Assembly (NCBI GenBank): GCA_001949185.1
Contig: BDGG01000002.1
Location: 1,447,145-1,511,144, forward strand
DNA length: 64,000 nt
From: Ramazzottius varieornatus
Taxonomy: Eukaryota > Animalia > Tardigrada
Direction: 5' to 3'
Below the pieces are notes generated by a model that saw only the letters and a program-made list of their open reading frames with translations, was not told the DNA's origin and searched no databases. Position numbers and translations under genes: made by a program. Shown piece after piece: positions 1 through 12,438 of this stretch. Within the stretch, counting starts at the first letter, position 1. Every line of letters starts with the position of its first letter.

Positions 1-436
1 CCAGCAGGGTATAGCATCATTAAAGTGCGTTTAGAGTTTCAGGCAGCCTTGACACCAGTTCGACTTACTTAACTGTCACTGGGAAAACCGGTCAGCCTCT
101 GCCGACTTTACCAAAGGCCACAGTGTGGTGTTCGGTGATGGTCCGACGACGACCGCGGAAGCAGCACCAACCCAGGCACCAGCAGCAGCAACACATCAGC
201 AACACCAGCAGGACCTGTGACATGAGCGATAATTAGATCGATGCTTCGATCGATCAGTTTTAAGGGTACTGATTCTGAACATGATAATATCATCGACAGA
301 GTTGCGATCATTGCGAGATCATAGTTGAGGAAAAAAAAGCGTACCACTCCGCCGATAATCTGTGGAAAAAAACACAGAGAAACATTGTTAATCCACATCT
401 AATCGCTCGTCGCACCTCCGCTCGCAACGTTATTTT

Positions 437-563
437 GGGAGCTCGGCTGGCAAACTCGCCAAGATCGTTCTTCCAAGTGGCGCACAATCTCAGCCAGTTA
501 AACAGAAAAGTGCGCCACTTAACTCAGACAAACGATCTTGTCCAGTTTGCCTGCCAAGTTCCC
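437..563. repeat. Palindromic repeat family, single-unit copy (AAGTGGCGCAC-N24-GTGCGCCACTT with extended arms)
   Basis: Left arm GGGAGCTCGGCTGGCAAACTCGCCAAGATCGTT pairs imperfectly with right arm AACGATCTTGTCCAGTTTGCCTGCCAAGTTCCC; the 11-bp core inverted repeat is perfect. Confidence 0.85.
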
Positions 564-675
564 ATTTGTGTAACGAGGTAGTTCCTTGACTACGTAAAGG
601 AACTCTTACCAGGCCCAAGATCGCGGCGAAAGGAATTTGCAGTCTGCAAGCAAGAAAAAGCATAGTTTATCAGTA

Positions 676-926
676 CACGCACTACGAGATATTACGGGCC
701 AGAAAAATTACGGACCAGGCCTATTCGCTACGGCGGCACGGGCAGGTGATTCTTGCTTCAAGTAAAAACCACATCGAAGGCTGCACTGCTGTATGTGCGT
801 GCTGGATATTGGGGAGCTAAAGCTTGTCATATTAATTTACAGCAGTCAGATCTTCATTATACCTTCAACAGTTCAAACTATTCCAAGGCATCTCCGGCCT
901 CCGCGAGAAATATCTCGTCGTGCGTG
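676..926. mobile_element. 251-bp MITE, Tc1/mariner/pogo type
   Basis: TIRs CACGCAC(T/G)ACGAGATATT, 17/18 match; TA at 674-675 and 927-928. Confidence 0.8.
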
Positions 927-3432
927 TACGTCGTGCGATAGCGAGAAGGCTCGAAAAACGAAATACGCTAATACTGATCGCAAAATCAAATAATCAACCG
1001 CATAGTTTATGTGCTGAATGCTGATCGAAGATGTCACAGAGCACAGAGCAACCAACATGACCACATCATCCCAACCAACATGATCGAACGATACTTTCCC
1101 TGTATTGTCCACTAAGATTCTCAGGAACATTCCGGATGTCTGTCACTTACTTTTCGGGGTCTAGTCCAAAGATGTAAGCCCCGTAATCCTTCCAGTCGCA
1201 ACAGTAAGGCAAGCCACTGACCAAGCCCTTGCAGCAGAAGCTTCTAGAGTCAGAATCGGTGATGCTGTCGAAAGCTTTCGTTACCAAGTTGGGGCAAGAA
1301 AAGACACCACACTCCATCGCTCCATCCGATCCTGCAAATATGTATAGTTTTGCTCATGTTCTCTCTCTTCTCTGACACATATTCAGCGGCACTCGATCAC
1401 TTGGAGTTTAAATTCTGTAAAGTGGTGTATGAAAGATCGACGATCCATTTACAATAAAAACGTGCACGCACTGTTGAAATTGTTTTGCCATTTTTCTACA
1501 GGTGTTGTTGAGTCGACAGAAAATTCGCGGTCTCTATTGTATAGTACGCTTTTCAACCCTAAAATTGCACGATTAACGCATAATGTGACTCAGAAGAAAA
1601 TTACTTGAGTTTCCGAATGGCTTACCAGTGATGGATATGAGCATTAGGATGGTGCAGACTGCTGCAACTACCGAGAATGATCCGCTTCTTAGGTACATGA
1701 TGGCTGTGGGGACGCTGCAGAATCTGCGGAAGAGGAATGCAAATTGCAAAATTACGGAAATGAAAATTTCGCAACTTGCATGTGCGGAATGAACTCGAGC
1801 TCGAAAATTGAAAATGAGTGCTGACGATGAGGAGTGTGAGCTTTGCAACATCAGAATCAACAGATCGATATATTCGTATGAACATACTTAAACTACCGAA
1901 TACCGATCCAGTGAGACAGGACTGGGTCCAGGTGCGTGGAAAGAGACTCCCCGGATCGTGGGTCAAATATTTGGTAAACGTGTGTACCGATCAGCTGATC
2001 GATACTGTATTCTCTCCGGAAATGGATGTACGTCACTGATATCTGGTTCACTAGAGTGTTAGCGTAGCTGTTACACAAAGCCAGCATGGCGTCAGATCTT
2101 GACGTATTTACGGACAGCTTTAGTAGCCGTAAGAGACAGCTCGCAGAGAAAACTGACATCACACGACAGCTGATGTCGTTCTTTGTATATTCTCCGGTTA
2201 CTGGATTCGCTCAAGTCGTACATGTCGGCCAAATCTCCGGCTTTAAACTACACAACAAAAAAGGGAACGATACAGATAACCAGCTACATTATTGAGGAAT
2301 AAACGTAATACACTGCAGAACAAAATTACCCCATGATCCATCTTGTAAATTATCTCTGCACGACGCTGAAAAATAGTCTGGGGAACAGCAGGTGCTATCG
2401 GCCGACGATCCTGGTTAGGTGGCCGATTCTTCAGTTTGCCCATAGTACAGTCTCGGAGTACAGCAAATGAGGTTCAGTAGGAGAAGAATGTTCGACGAGA
2501 AGTGACAGAAAATACAAAGCAATCAGCGCAGTCGGACAAAATACTATTAGTCTGCGAGTCATTCACTGAACAACTGATTTCATAACTGAACCAAGCAAAA
2601 TGTGAACTCTCCGGATTGATTGGATTGATTGAATCCTGTGGCGTCACAGCTGTTTCAATCGTATGAGCTACCGCCTACCGACCATATCTGCAGTTTCACA
2701 GTTTGAATTGAGTGACGTACATCCATTTTCGGAGAGAGTACAGTATGACATCTCACATAACAGCAGATTCCGCAAGTTCTGGCCAGTGTTTGTACCCGGA
2801 GCCGGACCAATCTTGTTCTACTCGATCGGACTGGACGGTGCTGATCAGCTGGGACACTTTACGGACCCGGTCCGTATACAACGACCGGCCGAATAGTGGG
2901 TGAAATGTTTAATTCGATATGTGTACTCGTACCGATCAGTTGACATGACTGACATCACACATGAAGCCCAGAACTGTCCACCCCGGCGAATCTAACGCAC
3001 GGAGCGGGTCCGTAAGGTGTCCCAGCACTTCAGCACTTTACAGTAGTCAAACCGAGTGAAGGGAGGCGTCCTCAAGGGAAAGCTGGGCGATGTTAAGTTT
3101 GACCACCCACGTGATGACGGTTTTCTGGATGGAGTTGTCGCCAAACGTGTTGCCATTTCATGCACCCCCATACAGATGTACTGTATGAAGGCTGGAAGCA
3201 GACGTCCATTTGGACATACACCTCCAAGACTATGCTATGGACGTCCATTTTGGACGTTTACCTGAGCCTGAAAAAGCCCGAGGTCCTTCTAGCTTTCTGC
3301 TGATTTTCCATCTGATTTGGGATTACCTAGGTTCGGCTTTCCAGTGGTGTACCACTTGCCAAGGTAGTTTAAAGTATCAATCTGAAATCTGAATTATGGT
3401 CGTATGGAAGCTTGTACAGTACAGTGCAGGTA

Positions 3433-3838
3433 CACAGTGCAGGAAAGTTTGGCGCAGTGAGTTAGTCGTCTGTAAGTTTGTCGTTTGTTTTCGTGTCCAG
3501 AAATCAGCCGGTGTTCATGCTTCCATTTTGGCTAGCGTTTCGAGTATGTCTCAACAGTTTAAAACCAAGAGGCCTCGACGGTACAGCGAGGAAGACCCGA
3601 AAAGAGCGCTTTCTGCTGTCGAGAATGGAACTGGACATCGTGAAGCTGCTCGTCTCTACAACGAAGCCAGTAAAAGCGTCACGCTTCTAGCTGCTCGTTC
3701 CGAGACCCATCACGTACGTAAGGCAGTAAGGCCAGCTATGCTGTTTTCTACATGCAGCAAAAAGCACCTGTCCGTGCCACCGTAGCGAAACGGCCTGATC
3801 CAAACTTTTTACTGCGCCAAACTTTCCCTTCGCGCGTG
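3433..3838 (+). mobile_element. Internally deleted pogo/Tigger-like DNA transposon retaining the transposase HTH-psq N-terminus
   Basis: TA at 3431-3432 and 3839-3840. Both ends share GGAAAGTTTGGCGCAGT in inverted orientation. The internal peptide from ~3547 (RRYSEEDPKRALSAVENGTGHREAARLYN) resembles a psq-type helix-turn-helix. Confidence 0.75.
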
Positions 3839-5652
3839 TACTGTAAGACGGAGCGGAAGGATCGCCCTGCGCAGGGGATTCAAACGGTGCGATCGAGGCG
3901 AATGGGGTACCGACCGCACCTGAAGCAAGACACGCGCGTTTCTTTTGTGATCCCAATAACCAATTCTACAGTAGAGTGCAGTAGAGTGCGGTACAGTGCA
4001 GTGCAGTAGAGTAGAGTAGTTGTCTCTCACCTTTGTGTTTTCGGCAACAAACACTCGTTTTTGTTTCTTCACGAACCCTTTAAATATGTGGTCAAACGGT
4101 ATTCTGAGTAGGTACTTTGCTGGTGCATCCGGCGTCAATTTCTACAATTTCTGCGTGCCGAAATTCGGCAGTAGCCAGATTCTTTCATGGCTCACATTTT
4201 TTAAGGTTCACAAGGGCCGTCAGCACAGGTGTAACCATCACTGGCGCTGGAGAGAAGCCCACGAAGATCAGGTTGGACTGAATTATCCATAACGTTTTGT
4301 GTCAAAAGTCGCAAGACATAGTTGTGCTTAACACTCTGCGTACGACCATCCTCTTTGTGTATACAAGGCCAATTTTCTTCTTCTCCAAGTCTTCCCGTTT
4401 GGCCTTTTGGACTGGGATTTTTTTATTTGCCTGGCCCGCGATGTAGTCACCAAAAGGGCGTCGGTGACCGTCGGTCAACCGATCTACAGAAAAATAGAAC
4501 GGATTTGTTCTCGCCTCGCCGTTTTCGGTGGTAGTTATGTGTACGTTGATTTGCACGAACCACGCTGAACATACCTTCTCGAAAAAAACCCAAAAGATGG
4601 ACAATGTCCCACTACATCATAAAATAATACCAGGCAAATATGGAAGTCGACTGTGCGGTCAGGAGAAAAATGGAAGTCCGAAAAATCAGCAAACGTTACT
4701 GACGCCGCGTGACCGCAGACACGAGCGGCACCAGCACCGGTGGTACATCCCTGGTTACGTTTGCCAAATTTCAATTTTCCTTTTGCTCGAGATTTTCTGT
4801 CCTTCCGCACTCCTCGGTTCTCGATTCATATCAAGCGGAATCGGAATCTGTATTTCGAAGGAACTACCGCTTTTGTTGTGTCGTACGAGATGGACGCTAC
4901 AAGAGAACTGGAGGCTGCTTTTCAGAAGGAAGGGTAAGCGAATGCGCAGATAGACCGGAGGCCATACTTAGCTGAATACATTTATCGTTCTGGGTCTTGT
5001 TGTGGTTGTGTTCTTTCCCGATTGAACCTGCCGCCCTTACTCGTTTCCATCATTGACGAAGCAGCTCATGGGATGACAGAAGGGAAAGCTCGATTTGCCG
5101 TTTACCAGGCGTTGGTCAAGCAGATTCTCGTAGGTCTCCATCTGTTTCGTTTGCCCCATCATGAACGACTACAACCTAGTTGTAATGCTTGTGTATTTAT
5201 AGCACGTCGACCAAGCTATCCCGTTCCGTCAAAATTTGGTTTTAGTTTATCCCAGCGCCCTGCTGGATCATATAAGGCGGAAGTTCGGTGGACAGAGCAG
5301 TGCTGGATCTGGGAAAGGGAAGCATCCTGTCTCGTTAGGCATTATTGCTTCGATGGAGTGGCGCACTTCCGGTCGATCTAAGTATACTGTCTTACTTGAT
5401 TGTTGATTCGTCCATACATGGCCGCTGCGCCGTACAGATCCTTAGTCTGTTTTGATGTTGACACACTTGTGACCACGTTGCTGGTCTTAGACGCGTATCA
5501 CTGAGATCCAATAAACAACGAAACGAGAAAACGAATTCGAATGTCCCACACGTCGCTGCGAGTAAACTGCGCCACAGGCACCCATTCGTTTCATTGTTAT
5601 TTCTCGTATGAATTACTTGTGCTCTGGTTTCGTACGAAATCGTTCATAGGTT

Positions 5653-7328
5653 ATGGACCAGGATGATGCGACGAGTAGCAGCGAATGCGACGAACCGGAA
5701 GACAGCGCGGAAGCCTTGGCAGAATCTGATGCGGTGGAAGTGGAAACTGAGCATCAGACACTAAGAGCGACGATGACGATGACGATGACATCCTGTATCA
5801 GCGGAATAAAGTAAGCCCATTCCTTGCCCGAAACCCCGACATAAAGTGGGAGCGTTTTCCTCTGGACAGCGGAAAGACCCAAACGGTCAACAGGATGACG
5901 GGTCAGCCTGGTGTTACTGCTAGTGACAGATCGCGAGTTACCACATTGAGGGATACGTTCAACCTGTTCTTCACGCCACAAGTGAAAGAGCTGATCATCC
6001 GCTTCACGAACGATGAGGGAAAAACCCAGTACGGCGAAGTACTGTGGAACTTGATGCTTACCTGGGAATCTTACTTCTCCAAGGAATTATGAACGATGGT
6101 ACTATCCCGGTGTCTGAATTGTGGAGTGAGAGCGAAGGGAAAGGAGTTATTGTGCCTATATGTCTCGTGACCGCTTCACTCAGATAACCTGTAGCCTACG
6201 GTTCGATGACAAACCTTCTCGGGAAGCTAGGGTGGCGACGAACAAGATGGCACATGTCCAAGAGCTGTTTGATTTATGGAGCCAAGCGCTGCGTGACAAC
6301 TATCTTCCCTACGAGTTCCTGTGTGTCGATGAACAGCTTTTCCCCTTCACAGAACGATGTGACTTCAAACAGTACATTCCCACGAAACCCAGAAGCAAGT
6401 GCGGCCTGAAACTCCTCCTTCTTCGCTGTTGTAGACCCTCCTATTGCTGTAATATCCAGCTTTACACGGGAAAGGCGCCGGGCGGTGTAGCTGAGAAGAA
6501 CCAAGGCCAGCGAGTGGTCCTTGATTTGGTGGAATATCTTGGGAACAAGTCTGGAAGAAATCTGACTACTGACAATTTCTTCACTTCCATGGCATTGGGA
6601 GAGGCTCTTCTCAAGAAGAATATCTCGCTCGTCGGAACAATGCGCAAGAACCGTGAAGAGATTCCTTCCGCTTTCCTTCCGAGCAAAAGCCGCGCTGCGT
6701 TCTCTTCGTACTTTGGCCACACTCCGGATTTCACTTTGGTATCGTTTGTCCCAAAGAAAGTAAAAGCTGCGGTACTGCTAAGCTCCATGCATCTTTCCCA
6801 GCAAGTTGCGAATGAGGTATAGAAAGAACTGCACAGTCTAACTTACCCTGCTGAAGCTGCGACGTCGTGCGCCGCAGTAGCCAGAACATGCTTTAAGTTT
6901 GTTGCTCATGATGTCACGGGAGTCAATTGATTGATCAATCTGAATACACCGTTATCGTGCTTCAGTACTCACGTCACGGATTACTTCACAGGGATGTCGA
7001 TGAAGAAACCGAGGAAGAGAAGCCTGAAATTTTCGCCCATTACAACCGTAAGAAAGCTGGCGTTGACACTCTAGATTACCTCACAGGAAACTACAGCGTA
7101 CGTCGAAAGACACCCAGATGGCCCATGGCGCTGTTCTACGATATTGTCGACATTTCCGCTTTGAACTCGTATGTTGTGTGGACCGAGCTGAACCCTGACT
7201 GGCACGCTACGTCTCATGTCCGTCGCCGAAGATTCCTACATGAGTTGAGCGGGAAACTGATGGAGAGTCTTCTGCGTCGTCGATCCGGACAAATGGCACC
7301 TTCGGCTCCTGCCATAACACGAAGATAA
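5653..7328 (+). pseudogene. Degenerate piggyBac (PGBD4-like) transposase
   Basis: Acidic N-terminus and motifs MSRDRF, VDEQL, YIPTKP, YTGK, TDNFFTS, YNRKKAGVD, RRKTPRWP. Frameshifts/deletion near 5760 and 6040. No C-terminal Cys-rich domain and no TTAA-CCC termini found. Confidence 0.9.
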
Positions 7329-7717
7329 GACCGACGAAAAGACAGAGGATGACTGTGCTTCGTCTTAATCGCTGCGAGAGTGGCTGTGGTTTAGCTATTC
7401 ACTAAACGGCTCGTGTCAATTCGAAGCCCGTTTAATTTGCCTACAGACATTATCATTGCAACGGTCTGTCGTCTCCCGAATTAAAGCTGGAAAATATTTA
7501 TTGAAGTTACAGGCAGAATTTCGAAAAGTGTTTTCGCGCCAAATTTCAATACGAGATTTCTAAACATGTTCTCCCTCGAACCTCCCGTATTACGTTCCGT
7601 AGACCCGCCATAAGTGGTTAAACACGATCTTAGCGGAAACGGGCGACAACCAATGTCTCAAGTTTTCTGAAGGGAGATGTTCAGGCGACAGCGACAACTT
7701 TGCTGAGACAGACTGTA

Positions 7718-8600
7718 CACTGAGTCCCATATTTGTCTGTCCACCCCCATCTTCGTTTAAAAACTTCATAACTTATTTCGTACTAATCCGATTCTGATAT
7801 TCTGAACGTCCTTATAGAGATCAGTGTTCGATCTTTACGACCAGGTGACTTCCGTAGGAATCAATCAGCAAATCAACTGGCAGTATTATCCCTACGAACA
7901 CCTAAAACTGCCTTGTTTGCGGCTCCGTGTTGCGGGTGCTAGCCAGCAGATGGCACATCATGCTTGTTACTACTATGTAGCCTCAACATTAAGCTATCAA
8001 GTAAGCCCATGTGAGAAACTTTTGCAGATATGTAGAAAAAGCTGAGTTGTCGTGTCAACCAGGAAGTGTTCTCGGTTATCTTCGGTGGTGCATAATCACG
8101 ACGCGTTGTCTTCGACATCCTTGCTGCCAAGTTACGTTCAAAAGGTGACAACTTTCATGACGATAATCAGACTGTGTAGTTTGAGTCATTCGGTCAGTCG
8201 AAACGGAAGATATCGAAAGGTAACCATGAAGTAGCGCGTTTCATGCGGCAAAAGGTGCATGTAGGTATGTCAACGAAACTTCTTCCGTAAAGTTTCAAAA
8301 ACTTCTTACATGGGCTTACTTGATAGCTTAATGTTGAGGCTACATAGTAGTAACAAGCATGATGTGCCATCTGCTGGCTAGCACCCGCAACACGGAGCCG
8401 CAAACAAGGCAGTTTTAGGTGTTCGTAGGGATGATACTGCCAGTTGATTTGCCGATTGATTCATACGGAAGTCACGTGGTCGTAAAGATCGAACACTGAA
8501 CTCTATAAAAACGTTCAGAATATTAAAATTGGGCTAGTGCGAAATAAGTTATGGATTTTGAACAAAAACGGGGGTGGACAGATAATTATGGGGCTCAGTG
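7718..8600. mobile_element. 883-bp non-autonomous Tc1/mariner-type element with ~300-bp TIRs
   Basis: 7718-~8022 is the inverted copy of ~8297-8600 (CACTGAG...CTCAGTG). TA at 7716-7717 and 8601-8602. Confidence 0.92.
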
Positions 8601-8621
8601 TATATATGTGCATATGTACTG

Positions 8622-9665
8622 TCATCCATCCTCGCGTATCCCCCAACGTAAGACTGTGCTGCTAGTCCAGTGACGTCGATAAGATAGTAACAAGATGTAC
8701 TGCAGAGAAAGACAACGATCTTCAATAGCCAGGAACCTACTTGTGGAATAAACGCGAAAAAGACTGGATTGATGGACTGATGGAATACTCGCTAGTAGAC
8801 AACAGCTGCAATGCGTCACTGAGCCACGGACGTTTTCAAAGCAGGGGAGAAAAATCGTAGTTTCCAATATACCACAGGACAGACGGGATATGAAACACCA
8901 TAAGAAGGAACCAATCATAACCTTTGTTAATGCGATCATCCTCCGTCCGACAGTGTCGCTTTGAGGTGGCGCCTGAGCATCCCGTAGAGAGCACGATCGT
9001 GCCCGTCGAGCTAGCAACAGGTAAGAGATCAGACCAATACAGACGATCCCGCAAACAGATACAGGGACCGCAGTGACGCACATCACCACGAAGGTTCCAA
9101 AGCTCGACGTCGCAAGCGGGAAGCAAGAGCCAGGTCGACCTTCGACAAAATGGTTACCTACACCGGACGTAATTAATACCACTACAGTAATCCCGAACAG
9201 CCACACCGCAGCGCAGACAGTGCTGCTAATTTTGACAGAAGCGCAATGACTGTAGTGATGCACATAGACAACGGCGATTGTTCTGTTGACAGCCAAGGCG
9301 ACATCCGCCCAGTTGGCAACAGGATAAAACACAAAACTGAAAGCGGTAAAAGGACAGGAGTGTGGAATGCCGTAGTAAATATAAAACGAGAGACCCAGAT
9401 GCCCCAGGCCCATCATTAGGAATGAGACAATGGCAATATTCATGACCAGCATACGGGTGCCTGTTTTCATTGACCGATCTCTGAAGATGGTGACACATAG
9501 GCAAGCATTACCTATAACACCGACTACGGCAAGGCTTAATCGGGTGGCCATTATTCCCGATTTTGAGACCCCCAGTGAACTATGGTCAAATGACACGTTG
9601 TTGATTGAGTAGTTCCAGCTGATCAACTGATGATCAGAGCCATTTCCCGACGGTAAAGAATTCAT
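8622..9665 (-). pseudogene. Orphan rhodopsin-class GPCR, probably pseudogenised in TM6-7
   Basis: N-glycosylation sequons in the N-terminus, GN in TM1, AVNRTIAV in place of DRY, hydrophobic TM segments. The TM6 proline segment (HIPSVLWYIG) continues in another frame after FLWCF and then hits TGA. Confidence 0.65.
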
Positions 9666-12438
9666 TTTGTCCCAGCCAAAGCTCGAACACTTGCAATATG
9701 AGTAGTATCGTAAACCAGCGTACATCGGTTTGCTTCGAAACTGCGCAGTGGTTACTCGAAAGGGGGACAAGATGTTAATCTGAAAGTCAGAACGATGAGA
9801 GTAGGAGCTTTGTATTCTTGCGCATTTTGTGCCTCGCAATTATGGCGCTCGAACCATGTAATTACTGGCGGAACTACTGTAATATCGTTGTTGCTTCAAT
9901 GTCTGTCCCCGTCACCGCAAACTAACGAGGCCGGAAGTCCGTATGTGATGCGCTGACTTCCACAGAACCATTCACATCTCCTGTTATGGACTTCATTCGT
10001 ATATGTACCGGCATGCAGGGCACGCCAGGACAATTTTCAAACAGATAATGATCAACGTGAATCACCATATCCTGTCTCTCTGCTTTATCCTTTGGCCTGG
10101 TCTTTTGTGCAGGAACAGGGGTGGCAGATTCCGGGAATGCTTCAGGAGCTGTCAGTTCGCCATGAATCCGTAATCGGTTTCGAGCTATTACCAGTTGTCC
10201 TCCTTACGACAGGCCGTAAAACTCCGTTGATTGTGTTGATCTTGAAAGTGGATTGCGAAGTTTCGCTTTCAAGATAAGCAGCCCTCGAGTAGCTCATCTT
10301 GAGAGCGAAAACGGATTATACTATGCATACTTGACTCAATTTTCATTTCTCAGCTGATCTCTGTCTGCACAGTGCTTCACGTTGCAAGATACCGTTTCAC
10401 GTATGGGCTTCTTGATACTTATTAGTGTCGGGGATATCGACAGACGGGACTAGCCATAGAGAAGACCATGAATTTCAGCCTAGTCAGGAGGCGAAGTTTG
10501 CCTACAAACCTACCGCGCAAAACTCGCGCATTTCCGCTCCCGTTTCCGAGACTTTCGAAAAACGCACTTTCGCCTCACTCACGATTAATTTCCGTTGATC
10601 AAGCAAACTCAAATTTTAAATCAACCGTTTGCGACATAAACGGCTCGTCGTAAGAGGCTGGGGATCAGCTTTGTGTTGAATTAAGTTTCCTGCCCTTCCC
10701 ACATTCCGTTACGCCGGCACTCGAGCGCAGTGTTGCTCTGTGCATTGCAATTGATAATTGACAATGTTCAAAAACGACCGTTTTGGAATTCTGCTATAAC
10801 AATTGAAACTGAGAACCCCTGGCTGGACAATTGCAATGTTAATCAGAAGTGATTCAGAATTCGAGAAACGGAAGAAATCATAATTCTTAATTGAATTGCA
10901 GAATGATGCAATTTAAATTGATGAATTTGCGGCAACGGTACGGTAAAACGCGCACAGGTGTATCAAGTATAGCAGCTTCTGCCCGTTTTTTGGTGCCTGA
11001 TTGGATGAACATGTGGGCGTGCGTGCGTGTCGCTCGAGGGAGTGAGCCAGTAAAGACATTAATTTGTCACCGCCAGATGAAAGTCCCGCCGTAGCTAAGA
11101 TGAGTTGCAACGTCACTCATAATCGCAGCAGCTGATCAGAACTTTGAATAGTTGGGCAGCCACCATGCTTCCCACTGCTAGCCAACCGTAACTCCGATTA
11201 CGCTATTTTTCGAAAATAAGGGGAGCTCCGGAAAGCAAAGTGGAGTAATACGTCACGAAAGGGGCGGAGCAAGGCCTTAGCTACAGTTGCAAAGCGAACG
11301 GGAGTGGCAACTTAATCTCTATAGTGAGGCAGGAGGTTTACAGTGCTGTTTCGCAAACCACGCGCATCGATGTACATCGCGGTGTATCGATGTACGCACG
11401 AAGTTGAGCCCCTTTCCCAATATGTTGCCTACCGACCCCCTGAGGGATGTTTCGCGAGTAGGATGACGCACGCGCGAGGTTTCAGGCAGCATCACAATAC
11501 CCTTTTCCGTCAGCGTTTCCGTCTTCAAAGCCTTGAGTGTAACATGTTTTAAGCTCAACGTCCGACGGCAATTCCACGCTCATGGAACGACAGGCCTGCG
11601 TTGCTATAAAACTTGAAACTTCAAAATACCGGCGTTCAACAGGATTCTCGAGAGGAAGGGTAGAGGAAATTCGTATTCGAGAAAAAGGTTTTTAGGAAAA
11701 GTTCAAAGGGTAACGGACCACAACAATCAACAGCCTCCAATCAGTCAAAACACCATGCGAAGAACAGACGTGACGTTGACAGCGAAAACTTGTCCTAGCT
11801 CCGCTTTCAGCACCATCTTTCCGCTTTCCATCGTCAACTTTTCAAAAGCATCAGAGGGTAAACTTCCCACTTCTGAAAACTAAGAGGAAAGCCGTTTCGT
11901 GCAGCGACTACCGAGACGTCACCTGCCCGAGTGGTAAGGCGAAAATCTGCTGTGGCTGAACTGTCATGTCGATCGTAAGCCTTTGCCGTGTTCACGCAAA
12001 GTGGTGGAAGTTTCGAGGCAGATACGTCAGTAATGACTTCGCCACAACAGCGCGATCGTTCCGCTTGGTTAGGCTTATCCGCTTGCTTAGGCTTATCTAG
12101 AACGAACATCGATGTAAGCGTGAAACTCGTATACCGGTAAGTAAAATGTATCTCTGTTTCCCATCCTTAACCATCACACACGTACTGTCCACGTGAGCAT
12201 ATCTCTGATTTCAGTAGTTCATCTTATTTCCGTGTACCGATTGCCTTGCTTGATTCCATCTTATATCCGGTCGTCCACGTTTTCATATCCGTATTATTAG
12301 GTGAAAATTCCGAAGTGGCAGCAGGTAAACCATTGTCGCGTCCCGCACAGAGAAACTTTATCATCCAACTCGTTAGGATATTTTTGTGCTGATTGCTCTT
12401 CCTTCCAGCCGTTATCTCTGCTTTGAAGTTCGCTCATC

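Noticed and set aside
4020-5400. Several 65-141 aa ORFs upstream of the piggyBac remnant
   Set aside because: No recognisable motifs or convincing exon chain.
7824-8403. Two short ORFs sharing the peptide RLRVAGASQQMAHHAC
   Set aside because: Artefact of the long inverted repeat; no evidence they are genes.
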